Assembly: GCA_016748015.1 (NCBI GenBank)
Contig: JAAOMT010000341.1
Span: forward strand, 1 to 53,767
DNA from: Geosiphon pyriformis uo1
Taxonomy: Eukaryota; Fungi; Glomeromycota
Direction of reading: 5' to 3'
Length of the DNA: 53,767 nt
A model generated the notes under the pieces. It was not told the DNA's origin and made no database searches. It saw nothing but the letters and a program-made list of their open reading frames with translations. Both the position numbers and the translations under genes were made by a program. Each line of letters starts with the position of its first letter. Within the stretch, counting starts at the first letter, position 1. Shown here piece after piece: positions 38,220-52,707 of this stretch.

Positions 38220-40474
38220 ATGGAAAGTTATTTCTCAGTGATATTTTTTGAACCATAGCCACAGAATTTGAAATAAAACATTTTGAATATTCTTTTAATG
38301 CTTTAAAATTAGTGAAAATGTGTTAGTTTTACACTTAGATTTTTATATACAATGTGTTATTAGAATTACGAAACTAAATGTCAAAGGTTAGCTTTTTTCA
38401 TAAATTGACAACCGAATTAAATTCAAATAAAATATTTTGTAACAAAAACATGTTAAATATTTTTTGTTTTAGTACTTTAACCCCAAGCAACTAGTAAAAA
38501 AGAGAAAAAATTGGATCATAAGAATAATTCCGACAATTTTTTAAAGATTAAAATACTTTTGAAATAAAATACAAAGAATACAAAAATAATTAACAATGCA
38601 TGGTAAAGACTCACCAAAAAAGTCTATTATTTTTAAATAAATATTGAGCATACCAAAAAGTATTTTTTTTTACTAGCTCTATTGATGTTAAATATAATAT
38701 TATTATAATTATTAGAAATTCGTTTGCTATAAATATTCTCCCAAAGAAATCACAAACTAAGAATTTGATGGTTTATTTAAACTTTATGGTATTTTCAATA
38801 TATAAATTTTTCTGATCTGTGGCTAGATCGAATAAATGAAAGACTTTTATTTGTAAGAATAGCCGGATATTCGAAAAAGGCCAAATATATTAGCAAAAAT
38901 ATATAACAAAAAAAATTTAGCAGAGAATATTTTGAAAAACTTAAAATTATTGCATTTCTTACTTCATCTTCTTATGTTAGAGTCAATAAAAAGTGTTGGG
39001 ATAACAATTTATTTAATTTTGTTACTGCCAAAAAGTTCGTGAGAATTTACAGGAATTTGATTGTATATGAATAATCCTTTAATTAAGAGTTTATAGTTTA
39101 AGAAATTAAAAAAGGACATAAAAGAAAATACAAAATATTATAAAAAAATAAACATTCTAAAAATAATTCATCTAAGTTTATAAAAGTCGTTTTTATTAAA
39201 ATTTATTCTGAAAATTTATTTTCTTGATATTTAAACTTTTAATAAACTATTTTTATTATATTAATATAAAACCATTGTAATTAATATTGCACCTGTCTTT
39301 CGCATGGAAAAAAATTAATATAAATTTTATTAAGCTTATTATTTTTAGAAATTGCTTAAACATTGAAATGATTATATCTTTATTTTTCCCATTATTAATT
39401 ATATATTAACTAATTTTTATCAATCTTGGGCTGCTATTTGCCAAAATTGTTAAAGAATATGGGAAATTAAAGCTTTGCTAATCTTTTTTCAGAAAACAGT
39501 ATCAAAATTTTAATATTAATTAAGATAACTTGATTATGAAAAAAAAAATATATGATCAATATGCTGTTTAGTTTTAGCTTTTTATTCTGTAATTGTATAC
39601 ATGATTTAATTGAAATAAATAGATCCAAATTTCAAGCTTGTTAAAAAATATTATTTTAATTTCAGTCAAATTTATTTTTCAAACTTCTAAACTATTGATT
39701 AATTTTTTTTAAAAAAAGGTACATTTGTTTTTTATATAATTTATAATGGTATTATTTTAAGTTGTGTTACTCATGTTACCAAATAATAAAAGCTGATATA
39801 AATAAGTTGAGAGCAAAAAGTAACAATAAAAAAAATTAGCATTTTAAAATAGTGTTCTAATTTATAAAATCCCAATAATTAAACATGAAATACATTATGA
39901 ATTTTAAAATTTGGTGAAAGCTTTACTTTTCAACATCAATTCCAAAAAGTGTCTCTCTAAATTAAAAGTCTGGAAATATGGTTTTTACAATGAATCAATT
40001 TCGGAAAATATAACATTTTTAGGTAAGTTTTTGCAGTTAGGTATAATCCTCAAGAAATAGACCAAATTTAATAATTTGAAATGTACAATTTTTAGAATTA
40101 TGTGAAATCCTTAACCAAAACGCCAATGAAAGTGAGAGGCAGAAGATCTTACAGATTGACGCAATTTATTTACTTGTATTTGGAGCTAATTCGTGCTCAA
40201 AAATTAGAGCGATTTCTTGAATAATTATTTATTTCGCAATATTATTTTGTTCAAAGCATTAATCGCGTGCTTGATGTTGGATTAGATGTTGCAAATTGGA
40301 CTAAAATCATATTTTCTAAACGGCAATCATTTAGAAAATTTTCCTACCATATTTAATCTCATTTAAATTGGGGAACTTGATCACTAATACATAACCTGCT
40401 TTAAAACATTTATCAAGACTTCATATGACATCCATCATTTTAAACAGTGATTAATTTTTTGTCCCTCATCAACC

Positions 40475-42382
40475 ATGGAATTTCTCATCGTATCTTCATT
40501 CTTCATTATTTTTGTCTCGACCTTATTCTTTCTATTCTCAAACCAGAAACGAAAAACACCAAATGAAGCGATTCCTTTACCTGGTCCTCTGGCCCTTCCA
40601 ATCATTGGTAACATATTACAAGTTAAAAAGACGTTACACGAAACTTTTCTGAGTTGGGGAAACCAATATGGACCTATCTTTCAGGTGAAATTTGGGGCTG
40701 AAACTTTCATAGTGATAAATGACCAGGAAGTAGCACATGATTTATTTGTTAATCGTGGTGTAAATTATTCTAGTAGGCCGGTAAGTCATAGTATTGATAC
40801 TTTAGAGTTTCTTGTCATTGTTTTTTCACAAACATGTTTTTCCTACGTTTCTAGCGGTCACGAATTACAAGCGATCTTTGGTTCAATAATTCAAAAACTG
40901 TTGCATTAGCACCGGTAATTATTATGATTTTTAACACGCTGGGAAATTGTTTGCAAAAAAAATTAAAAAATTTCAATTTCATTTCAAAGTATGGAAATTG
41001 GTGGAAAACTATGCGTACCTTTATCAATACCGGACTTCGACAAAACGTTATCGATAAAGTTTATCAACCAATCCTTACAAATGAGACCAAAAGATTTCTC
41101 ACGACAGTTTACAAAAGCACTGAAGGAGGCCAATCTTTTGATCCTCATCTAAGTATCTACTTATTGTTCACCAACTTCTTCTCCATTATAGTCTATGGGT
41201 ACTATCCAGCTGATGGGGAGCATGATGACCCATTACTTGTGAAATATAAAAAAATTATAGAAAAATCTGAAATGATTTTCACACTCAAAGCCATGCTGAT
41301 GGATTTCTTCCCTTGGATATCTTATGTGCCATCAATGCAAAATTTTCGTCGAGAAATCTTGGAGCTTAAAGCCGAACTAAAGATAATCACAACGAGTCTT
41401 GTTTTAAGGGTTCGTCAAAGTATGAGCGAAAAGGCAACAGACGATAAAGATAGTTGTTTCGTCGCTCAAGTATTGAGAAATGTCACAGTTGACGAATCCA
41501 TTGTTACATCAGCTCATAACCACGAATTCAAAAAAAATGAGAAGGGTTTGTATACAGTAGATCAGGTGGACTTGTTATCATTGTGTAATGTCTATATGTT
41601 TGGAGGAAGTCGAAATACTATTGGAACCCAACGATGGATTTTTGCTTTTTTGGCCAGTTATCCAGAGATACAAGCACATCTACATAAAGAGTTAGATGAA
41701 GTTATTGGCAGAGGAAAATTTTATAATCTGGAACAAGAACCTAAGTTACATTATTTGAAAGCTATTGTTAAAGAAGTTCTTCGCTATAGGTAGGTAATAT
41801 CAAAATTGATACCTCACATTTGTAATGTGTAGAATAATCAGTTTGAATTTCAATTGCAGACCAATCATGCCTCTCAATGTTCCAAGAAAACCAATAGAAG
41901 ATGATGTTTATCGCGGTTATCATATACCGGCAAGGGCTACCATAGTCCTTAACACTTATTCCCTAAATTTTAATCCCAGTATACACAACGATCCTGAGAA
42001 ATTTATGCCTGAAAGGTATTTAGATGAAAACGGCAACTTAAAAGAAAGCAATGAATTTCTAGATCCTTGGGTAAGTAAAGGGATATCAAATTTCAAATTT
42101 TCTTTTTTAAGAAACAATTTCTAATTTAATTTAAAGGGCTTTGGTAGTGGTCGTCGTATTTGTCCGGGGGAAAAATTAGCTCTTCGAGATCTTTATGTCA
42201 TAACAGGTTATACACTCGCCTTATTTACCATCACAGCAGATGATGATCCGAAAACGGGGAAACCTCAAAAGATAGATTTGAATGGTCAAGGAAGTAGTTT
42301 TAGTTTTGCCCCTAAACCTCACAAATTGAAGTTCATTCCGCGAGAAGGGATTAATGTGGCTGCGGCTTTGAAAATTTTATGA
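40475..42382 (+). CDS. Cytochrome P450, ER-anchored, 5 exons
   Basis: N-terminal TM plus PGPLALPIIGN, YSSRP, YGNWWK..R, KEVLRYRP (ExxR), PEKFMPERY and heme motif FGSGRRICPG; TGA at 42380-82. Confidence 0.96.
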
Positions 42383-44126
42383 GCTTTTTAGATATACATT
42401 AATGAATTAATTATTTTTAGGCAAAAAAAAAATTCTTTTAAAAAGCTTTATTAATCAAAATATCAGGGAAATGGTACTTTACGAATCAAGTAAAATGCAT
42501 TCAATATATGGTTTATGCAACATGTTATAATTAAAAATAAACTGAATTTATAAAATGTAGTTGTAAATGAATATTAAATCTTTTGCTTTTATTAATTTAT
42601 TAGCAAGCTAAATATTAATTTCAAAAGGAAAATGATACAATGATTTTCTTAAACCTTTAAATATGATTATGGTTTTTTAAATAATAATATAATTTACTTT
42701 TTTGTTTATGAGATTTATAAAATTAATTTAACATTTTTTAATATTTTGAATATAATATTTGAATATAATTTTGTTTTTATTGCATTTTTTTTAAAAAAAT
42801 AAAAAATTCTAAAAAGAGTGTTTTAAGATTAATAATTAATTCATAATAATATTTTTAAAATAAAAATAATAAAAACATTATAAAGCATCAATTATTTTTA
42901 AAGTAAAGACTTTATTTTTTATTATCTTAATGTTTTTTATGTCTTTTGAGTGTGTGAATTAAATAAATTTTGAAAAATGAAGGCAATGGTTTTCGGGAAA
43001 ATATTATTTATTCTGTAATTAAACATTTTTATTTCTAATCGTAGTTGAAAGATTAATGACAAAAATTATTAGCACATGGAGATAAAAGATTTTCAAGTAC
43101 TGTATCTGTAAGGTTGTAATCTAGCTGGAATCTCCAGTGTATTCGTACAATCTTTTGAGTACCAAATAAATAAGATAGCTCAAGAATCGGCAGTTTTAAA
43201 ATGAAATTTTCTTTGTAAATATACATCTCGATATTGTGTGAAATTTTTTTCTTTTGAAAAGCAAATATTATTTTTCACGATATATGTATTAGAAAATTTT
43301 AATCCTGTTAGTTCCTCTCATTTTTCAAAAAAAAAAAAAAAAAAAAAAATTCTATTTATTAGTATCAATTTTTTAAAAAATAAATAACTGATAAATTTCT
43401 AGTCCTTCTATCAAAATTTTATGTTTAATGCTATGTGAACATGAAAAATAAATTAATAGCTAGTTACTTATAATTTAATCAAACAATTGTCTAGTCCTTT
43501 AAAATTTAAGATCATTTGACGGCATTACGCTTTGGTGTCAATCAAAAGTACTGCTGAATTTCGACTTGAAATTTTATTCTCCTTTATTCAAATAGAACTA
43601 TCATATTGGGAGATAATTAGATAGTGAAAAAACGAATCTTGATTAGAAAATTTCAAGTATACATAATAAAAGGTTTTTGTAGGATCTGAACCAGTGATAA
43701 ACATAAGATTGTCGTGAAATTCATACTATCCTGTGGACTATCGAACAGGAGAAACAACAAATAAACTTTTGATTCACACGGTTATTTTGCTCATGCAAAC
43801 TTTCTTTGATTGTTTATGAATTTGAACTAATTTTTACATTGATTAGATATTAAAAAGTTATTTTTAAGATAAATTTTTTCCAAAAAAAATCAATTTTTTG
43901 AGTTGATTTAATTTTTCAAAATATTTTCGGAATTATTTTACATAAATTTGGAAATTATAAATTTTTAAAAGTTAAACATTTTCAATATTAAGCATTAAAA
44001 AATACAAGGAAATAATAAAATATTAGTCATGAATGAGGTTTTAATTAAAAATGTTTTTGTTGAGACTTCACGTGTCTTGAAGTTTAAAAACAGGATAATA
44101 TGTTACCAACTCATTTTAAAGTAAAT

Positions 44127-45547
44127 TTAAAATTGAATTTCTCGCTGTTTTTTTAAAATAACTGATGGAGGATAAGTGATTTCAGGCAAATTTTCAAACT
44201 CAACTTCTGGTCCTGTTCTTGGTATTTCTGATAAATCAACCTTTGATTCAGACGGGGTTTTTTGAATGTCAGAAGTCAAAGTATAATATGCAAAACTTGC
44301 GTCTGTTGCGATTGAATTAGTGAATGCTGATAATCGATGGGATGCCACTGACTTTGTTCGCTGCACGACAATTTGTGTTCGTTTTTCTTCTTCCGGGAGA
44401 ACAAGTTCAAATTCCAATTTTTTACGATTTTTCTTATTATTTGTGAAGCAAGTTCGTCCACACAGGAATGACCATATATCAGACCATAATTTCTCGTAAT
44501 GTTCATAAGCGAATTTCCCAGTTCCGAAGCAAATCAAAAAAAGTATGATTGAAATCAACATTTTTAATTCGATTTCGTTACGTAAGAGAAAACCACTTTC
44601 ATTTTGAAAAATTCTTGATACGTTGGCATCATCGCTATTATCGTGACGTGGTGTTGAAATGTATTTAATGGATCGATATAGTAAAATTGAACAGGTCGGA
44701 ACGCCAGATACAATCAGTAAACTACACCATAGACCCATTCTGATTATTACGTTTTTTGGTACTACAATTTTTTGGTTTGGATGGGACAGTGGTGGGGGGC
44801 CACCTCTTGAAATTCGTCTAGAAGATCGATCTTTTTGTTGAACGGATAGAGTAAGTTGACGTGAATTGAATACTTTTTTCACGACTGGAATTAAAGTTGC
44901 GACTAATTTGAAGAAAGTTTTAGAATCAATTTTAAAATGAGTAATTTTATAAAAATTAAAGACTGAATTCTTAATTTGGTAAACATTTTAATTTATTTAC
45001 CTGAAAGAACAGCAGCTGGATAAATTGGTAGAAACTCGGGCAAACCCAATACAATAAATAAGGCAATTCTATGAGTTCCATGCCTCGAAATAGTACATAA
45101 TCCTGATCCAGGAATAGTCTCAAATAACCGATCCTTTTTTAAAACCAAAAGTCCAATTCCAACGCCAATAGCCAGCCAAGGAATGATGATACACAAGAAA
45201 ATATTTAATATTTTCAATGTCATATTCTTCTTTATTGCTCGTTGGTTTCTTCTTAAGGTAACAAACAACTCAATTGATAACGCCAATGCTATTAAATAAT
45301 TGGCGATAGAATTTGCAGAGAGCAAAACTCCACTAATAACACATGCTATTTTCTCCCATTGGGTTGCAGTTTCAATTAGGAAATCATCATGGAGAAATAT
45401 TCCCGATATGACGAACGAAATACAAATGAGTGAGTTTGTGATGCTGTAGCAAATTAACACAAATCCTTGTCGTTTTACTTGGATATAGATGCTTTGAACG
45501 CAGAATAAGCAGACGATACAACAAAGTATTAGTACCCAAGTTTCCAT
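44127..45547 (-). CDS. Seven-transmembrane GPCR-like receptor, 2 exons
   Basis: ORFs 44993-45547 and 44127-44882 join through intron 45000-44903. Seven hydrophobic segments, Cys at the start of TM3 and in ECL2 (SGLCTI), a basic ICL3, TM7 ending CFGTG, and a Ser/Thr-rich tail. Confidence 0.8.
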
Positions 45548-48500
45548 CTAGTGACGCCTTGTGAAGTGTAGATTAATGATAAAGGAAAAACAGGTAACAG
45601 TCAGTTTATGAGATCTTTGTTTTTTCTTTCTCAAAGTGTTTACTTTGCTTGTTTTTTTTAGCTGTAAAAGAATTGACAAAAAATCAAAAGAATTGATGAT
45701 TATTTAAGTTTTTTATTTGAATGAGAATTTTTGAATGTGTCTGCTTTTAATTTACAGCTTTTTTGAAACTATATCGTAAGATGTTTAATTTTAATATATA
45801 CAAACGTTTTAAATGTTTTATTTTTCGTTTTTCTTAGGCTTTCTCTGTTTCCTTTAGAGTTTTTCTATAGCCTAAAAGTTGATTGAGCAAAACAACTAAA
45901 CACAGAAATCCGGATCGATAATCTATCCCCAAAAAAGTTTTTCACTAACTTGAAAATGATAATATTCTTCCCGAAAGTATTGTCAAGTGGTACAAACTGA
46001 TTTATACATCTACCCGTTAAATGAAGTGGATAAGCAATGCTCATAAACAATTTTGATAAGGATTTGATAAGTTTAACTAAAAATCTTCTATTTTTATTTC
46101 TGAAAGACAATGTGTGAAGTTCGAATAATGTTATTGCATATTTTAAACTGATCCAAATATTTATTTTCTTAACCTAGTGAAAACTGAAACATGTTTCATC
46201 ATTCTCTCGAATAGTATGGAATCTTTTGTTTCAGTAAATCAGGAACTGGCAGCTATTAGAAATTTAGTACATATTCTTCACCTATAGGGAATTTCTTAAG
46301 AATTGTAGCTTTTAGTTTGACAAATATTCAATGGTATATCTGGTAGTTAATCGCGTGATTCTCGAAAAACTTCGTGTCTGTCTATTTAAGAAGTCAAAGA
46401 CTATACCTTATACTATCTTGCTTGCTGCCAAATAAATAAATAAAGGTTCGTTAATAGAGAGAGAGGCTCGCGAATTAACGTTTGGGTTTAGCCCAATCCA
46501 GCTGGGGATAACGCATAAATATTAAATTGTGTACATGTATTAATTTCCTTTAATATTGAATAATTCTTTAAAGCATGAGATCTATATTAATGCTAAAGTT
46601 TCTCTTTATTTTAATCTATACTAAATATAGTATGCATGTTCCCAGCGTTGTTGTAATTTGATTGCATAATGATATTTGTTTTAATTTACTACTTCCTCTT
46701 TTCTTGATGAATGACAAAGATCAATGATAAGTTTTAATTGATATATTAAAGAATATTCTTGATTTATGAGTGTTCTCTTTAATTTTGACTTATTTATATT
46801 GGAAAATATCAAAATTGAAAAAGAAAACTTGGTATTTGGTAGGCTTTGATTTAAAATTTTACTTTCATCATTTTTTATTTTCTCGAAACTTAAACAATTT
46901 CCCAAGCTAGATCCTCGTTAAATGAAAACGATTTTTGACTTTGCACAAAGTTTCAAAATAAAAGCTTTTCAAAATGATATTTTATCATTTTAAAAATTTT
47001 ATCTAAAACCGTTATTTTTGAACATAAAAGAAAATTTATTTAAGATAATACATGAACTCTTAATATTAATAAATTCTATATTCTGAATTCAATTTTACTA
47101 TTTTGCAATCTTGAATCATTGATAATGTCAATTTAAGCAGTATTATAAACACTTTGGATCGCACAATTATTTAAAATACATACTCTTGCTCTTCATTTCC
47201 TTAATTATTCGTTTTCTAAAAACCATTATCATTGTGATTTGAATTCGATCAAAACTTTATACATAAATGGAACTTGAAAGGAATTGATTTCCATTCAGAT
47301 AGTGGCGAAAAACAATTTTATTTTCATACAAACAAATAAAAAAAGATTTGAAATCAAGCTAATTATTTCCTTTATTAGTGCTGATATTTAGAAAATGTTT
47401 GTTCATTTTAGTAATTCATATTAAGATTGATAAAATTTATAAACACCTTTATGAATTCTGAATTCTGCCACTGAGAAAAATTTTTCTTTTTATGATAAGC
47501 TGATTCGATCTGATAATTTTCGGGTGCTTAAGGATCCTTTAATAAAACACTAATTGGTTCCAATGAATATTGAAGAAATAGCTTGTAAGCTTAATTTTTC
47601 TTCACATGAATACTTGAATTTTTATGAATAAAACTCCAAGCTCTTTTGATATCATTTTAAAGCATAAAATCAAAACAAAAAAGATCCAAGTTGTTTTTTT
47701 TTAAAAAATATCGGGATTCGCAATGATTAATATTAATGTCTTGAATAAAAAATTGATTCTTTTTGGAAAATTCCCGTTGAAAAAATTTTGGCTATTAGTT
47801 CTTTGCCTGCAAGATAGGCTAGACAATTTAGCTAAAATTTCCCAAGCCTAAACTAAAGAGGCTAAATTATGCAATTTTGAAAAAATTGAGGTTTCAAAGG
47901 AATAGAAATTTCGTTTTTAATAAAAAATTGGAAAGCAAAAATTTATACTAAACCTTTAGATAATAAGGCAAATTTCAATGGCCTGTATGATTCTGGAACT
48001 GTGGAATCTCTCCGCCAATTTACTTTATTCCATTTACTAAATCTTGAGCTAATATTACGCATTCGAAAAAATTAATTTTTTAATAAGACCGTGTATAGTG
48101 GTTATAGCTTCACTAATTTATGATAAAAAGCAAAGAAAGATCATAACACTAACCCTGCAAAACTCTACTTTTCTTTGCTTAGAAATAATTGTAAATGCTG
48201 TTGGATAATAATTTCCAGAGATATAAAAATTAAAATTCTGATTTTGTTCTCAAGAGTCTAAAAACTTACCGTTTACGCGATACTTGTTCTATGTTACCTA
48301 AAGTTAATATCAGGTACCCTTGAATATTGGCTATTAGTGTGATTGAATAAATTTCTTACTAAAATTAATAGTAAATAGTTTATTAATTTTGTTTTAAAAT
48401 ATAATTTTTATGTCTTGAATATTAATATTTTGCTAGCTAATAATAATCTGGAAACAATCTAAATTATTCATTTAAAAAATATTTTAAAGACAATTTTTAA

Positions 48501-50328
48501 ATTAATAATTTGCTAAGATATTTAGTAATAAAATAATTAATTGTTTTTTTGGATATTTAAGATTAAATTTAATATTAATGTATAAACTCTTTTAAGTTTA
48601 TTAAAAATGATTAATAAAATTGGTCATTTCATTTAAATTATTTATAAAATAAATTTTTAATTACGATATATTTGAATTAATACATTATTTTTCAAAAAAT
48701 AAATTCTTGGCATATAATAATCATTATTATTATTATTATTATTATTATTTTATTATTATTATTATTATTATTATTTTATCTAATATGAATAATTTATAAA
48801 TAACTTTAAAAATCTTAGAACTGTGATAATATTTTTTGATAAAGCTGTTATTGTTAATATTGTTCTAATTATTTTTTCTAAAAAAATTTGATATTAATTT
48901 TTAAAAATACATATATTTTAAAATATTAATATAATAATTAAATTTTTAAAATAAAATTATTTGAATATTATATATTATAGTATTTAAATAAAATAAAATT
49001 AAAAAATAAAGTTAACAAAAAAATATTAATAATTTAAATATTATAATTATTTAATTAATTATATATAGTATGTTATTTTATTTTTTCTGAACAATTTATA
49101 TTTAAACAAAAAAATTTTTATTTGTTAGCAAATATTGTTACCAGTTAAAATTAATTCAAAAAATTATTATAAAATTATTTGATTTATAATATCTTAAATT
49201 TAAAGAAAATATTTTGCTAAATTTATTTTTAATTATTTTATAAAAAAAAAATTTTTTAATATTAGATTAATTACTTAATTAATTTAAAAAAGTTCTTTTT
49301 TTATTTAATAATAGTTAAAAAAAATAATTTCTGTATAGTTATAAAATTAGTAATAAAATAAACCAGATTTATAATTAAATTTGTTTTATTTTTTTGATTT
49401 CTGAACTTTTTTATTGCCAAAAATATATAATTATAATTTTCAAAATCTAAAATACTTTAAGTTACAAATATTATTATAAGTGCTTAAACTATTAGCTAAT
49501 TAATTGTATTATTTGAAGCTTTATTTTTTATAACTAATTCTAAAACTAAAAATATGCTTGTTTTTTTGAAATTTAAATTCAAAGTTTAACTTTCATAATA
49601 ATAACTCTTACAAAATTTTTTTTGTTTCTTTAATAAAGAAAATATACTTTTTTTAATTTGGTTTTGTCTCTTAAATAAATTTTTATTAAAAAAGTCTATT
49701 TATGTATTATTAATAACTTGTTTAAATCTTCTTTTCCAAGATTGAAATATGTAAATATTTTATTGAATATATTGTCTCGAATAATGACTGAAAGCTTTGT
49801 AAATCCTAATAGAACTATTTATTTACTGGAATTGTAAAAAGTAATCTTTGTAAATTTTAAAAACTGTTAAGGCCAATAAGACTAAAAAAATTGTTTAAAA
49901 TAATTGTAAATACTGGTAGTTCAGATATCTAGTCATGTATAAAAAAATGTTTAATTTACATTTACTTTGAACATGTACATGTATTATGCAAATAATTATG
50001 AAAGGACTACACTTAAAAAAATTTATGAAAATTTCACAATAACCAAGAAAAAAAATTATTTTGCAGTTATTAATTCTAGTGGTTATACTTTTCTTATTTG
50101 GATTTATTAACAACAATATTAGCAATAATAATATCAATGTTTAAGCCTTTATTTCATTTACTATTAAAATATCAGCAAAGAAATACAACCTTTAAAACAA
50201 GCTTAATTTGTTGATGGTGAGTCACGTATGCAAATTTATCAACAATCATTTAAAGCAAATTTATTAAAATAAATTGGTTGTTTTTTTCGAATGTCTACAA
50301 CTGATCTTTTTAAAACGAAAAAACGACA

Positions 50329-50790
50329 TCAATATACAGTTACTTTGCTTGAACTGGATTCAAATTGAATCTTCTTTATATTATAGACTTTTCGAAGTGT
50401 TATGAGTTTTGTATATTTGTGATTATACGTCTGGGTAATGTCATAATAGTCACGACTAACCATTTCCGAAGTCGAAGTGACGGTAAAATGACGGCGAAAC
50501 AACAAGGAGACAATGACGATGGCGAGACTACAGCAAAACAGAGACATTCTCAATATCGTCTGAGCGAATAAATCAAGAACTGATTGACTATTATTATCAC
50601 CTGGGAAATCCAACCCATTTGAAATAGCATAGGTAAGGTGAAGGAAATGGTGTCGGCTGTTTCAAACAAAACAGAAAACAGAAAAAAAAAAAATACAGTC
50701 ATTTCTGCGTCTATTGGTATATATCTTAGTCTAGTGGGTAATACTATCGTAATTATCCAACAAAATTGAAGACATAGTGATCAACGTCAT
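50329..50790 (-). CDS. Possible small spliced membrane protein
   Basis: GC-richer island with a polypyrimidine acceptor (TTTGAAACAG, ~50657) and hydrophobic segment TILRMSLFCCSLAIVIVSLLFRR. Exon structure is ambiguous. Confidence 0.25.
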
Positions 50791-51150
50791 GTGTCACTAT
50801 TTGAGCTATTATTGCTGGCTAATTAAGCCTATTGAAGAAAATACATTTCGAGATTTAATTAGATGTAAAAAGCAGAATATGACAAAATTGTGATAACAGC
50901 CAGATTTGAAACATATACAAGCAAAATTCCACTTGATATTAATCGGGACCTAAATGACGCTCAAGGATTTTTCCTACTTGAGTTCTTAATTATTTGCACA
51001 CATAGTTACTACGGAAGATCATTATTCTCACTAGCTTTGGTGCTATTTTCAGATAGAGGATTTTAGTACCTATAGAAAAATATATTGCTTGCTACTAAAA
51101 TTTTTGATACTTCAAATAAACAATCCAAAGGTAGAAAAATCGTTGCTCCT

Positions 51151-52112
51151 TCATTCGATATTAACGCGGATACCGGGAGATCCTATGCCTTTAGGAATCT
51201 TTTATAAAGATGGAGTCCCGGTTAAACTAAAAAGGGAATTTTGCATGGCGAGAAGTTAAATTAATGTAAATTCATTACCTTAACCTCAATCAAACCGTCT
51301 TGCAACTTGGCCGTGATCTTGGAGATGTCGCAGCCCTATATCTCAAAATTTAGAATATCTGGATTTTTTTTGTAACCAGCTAACAGCATTTGTTTTACCT
51401 CTGGTAACTTGAAGCGACGTTTAAATTTGCCAAATTCACGTTCACGCAAGTAAACACTCTCAGCGGTGTTCAAATTGTCATCGTATTGGCGATTAGCCTG
51501 AAGAATAAGAAGTCCATCTTTAACCTCAATTCCAATATCTTCTTTCTTAATTCCAGGGACCTTTAAAGAAAATTGGTCATTCATTTCAATAAGTTAAATT
51601 TTCGATATTTTTCTATGTTAATCGAGAAATACCTCCATAATTACAGTGACAGCTTCTTCAGTATCATTAACATCCCTAAAATCCAAACAATAATTAGATT
51701 TATTGCTTCACATATAAAATATTCAGAGTTTTATTTACCAATCAGGAAGCCAATCGCTAGTGATGTCATCACGAATACCGAAAGGTCGTATTTTGCCAAA
51801 ATCATGCCTTCGACCACTATATAAATATTTTACTGCCACATATAAAATTATTTTCCGAAGGAAAAAATGAAAGACTCACTTTTCACCACGTTCTCTTAAA
51901 TCAGCGAAATCATAGCAATTTCGGCTGAAGGCATCATTATAATCACGATCGTATCCTTCACATTGATCACGGGGTTCGCCACTGAAATCACTGAATCGGC
52001 TTCCTTGATCATAGCCATAAAATCTTCCACCTTTATTAAAACCACTTTTACGATTAACGTTATTGTCCCCACATCGACCAGAGATATGGGGGTCAGTTCT
52101 ACGAGTTGTCAT
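51151..52112 (-). CDS. Small heat-shock protein (HSP20/alpha-crystallin), 6 exons
   Basis: The spliced product includes WLPDWDVNDTEEAVTVIMEVPGIKKEDIGIEVKDGLL...REREFGKFKRRFKLPEGCDISKITAKLQDGLIEVKIPK...RVNIE*. Confidence 0.95.
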
Positions 52113-52189
52113 GTTGGTTATTTTGCTAAATTCACGTATACCTGTGCAGGACTGGGAGTGTAAAACTTTATATCTATTATTATGACTTA

Positions 52190-52325
52190 AGAAAGTGTTA
52201 GTATAATGAGAAAAAGAAGCTCTATTGATCGAAAAGTATTGTAGGTCTTCTTTGGAGTGTGAGAAAGTGTGAGTATAATGGGAAAAAGAAGCTCTATTGA
52301 TCGAAAAGTATAGTAGGTCTTCTTT
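52190..52325. repeat. Direct duplication (~64 bp, period 72) upstream of HSP20
   Basis: AGAAAGTGT(T/G)AGTATAATG(A/G)GAAAAAGAAGCTCTATTGATCGAAAAGTAT(T/A)GTAGGTCTTCTTT occurs twice with 3 mismatches. Confidence 0.9.
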
Positions 52326-52707
52326 CGAATATTTAATTATAAAAATCTCATGAAAGTGACTTTTATTCAGTTACCATGACGTTAATTCTGTCATAATATT
52401 ATATAATTGCTACGATAAATTAGTGATAAGACTCAAAGATAACTTCGCAACTCAAAATTCTGTTTTACTCTATTTCAATCAGACTTTGTAGCTGATTAAT
52501 ATTTTGTTAACAGTAATATATCTTTCGAAATGTAGCTAGATCGCATCATCGGTTTAAAAGAATGGGATCCAAAAATATATAAATATCAACCCCAATTCAA
52601 CCAATCTAGGTGTGTCTTTGCAAGAGCATCATCTTTTCAAAGAGCTCATCTAGATTTTTGCTGTTCTACACAACCCATTTGATTTCCTCTAAATCTGTAG
52701 GATAAAA

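Noticed and set aside
40475-45547. P450 plus GPCR (plus hydrolase and transporters) as a biosynthetic gene cluster
   Set aside because: No backbone enzyme (PKS, NRPS, terpene synthase) and wide repeat-filled spacing.
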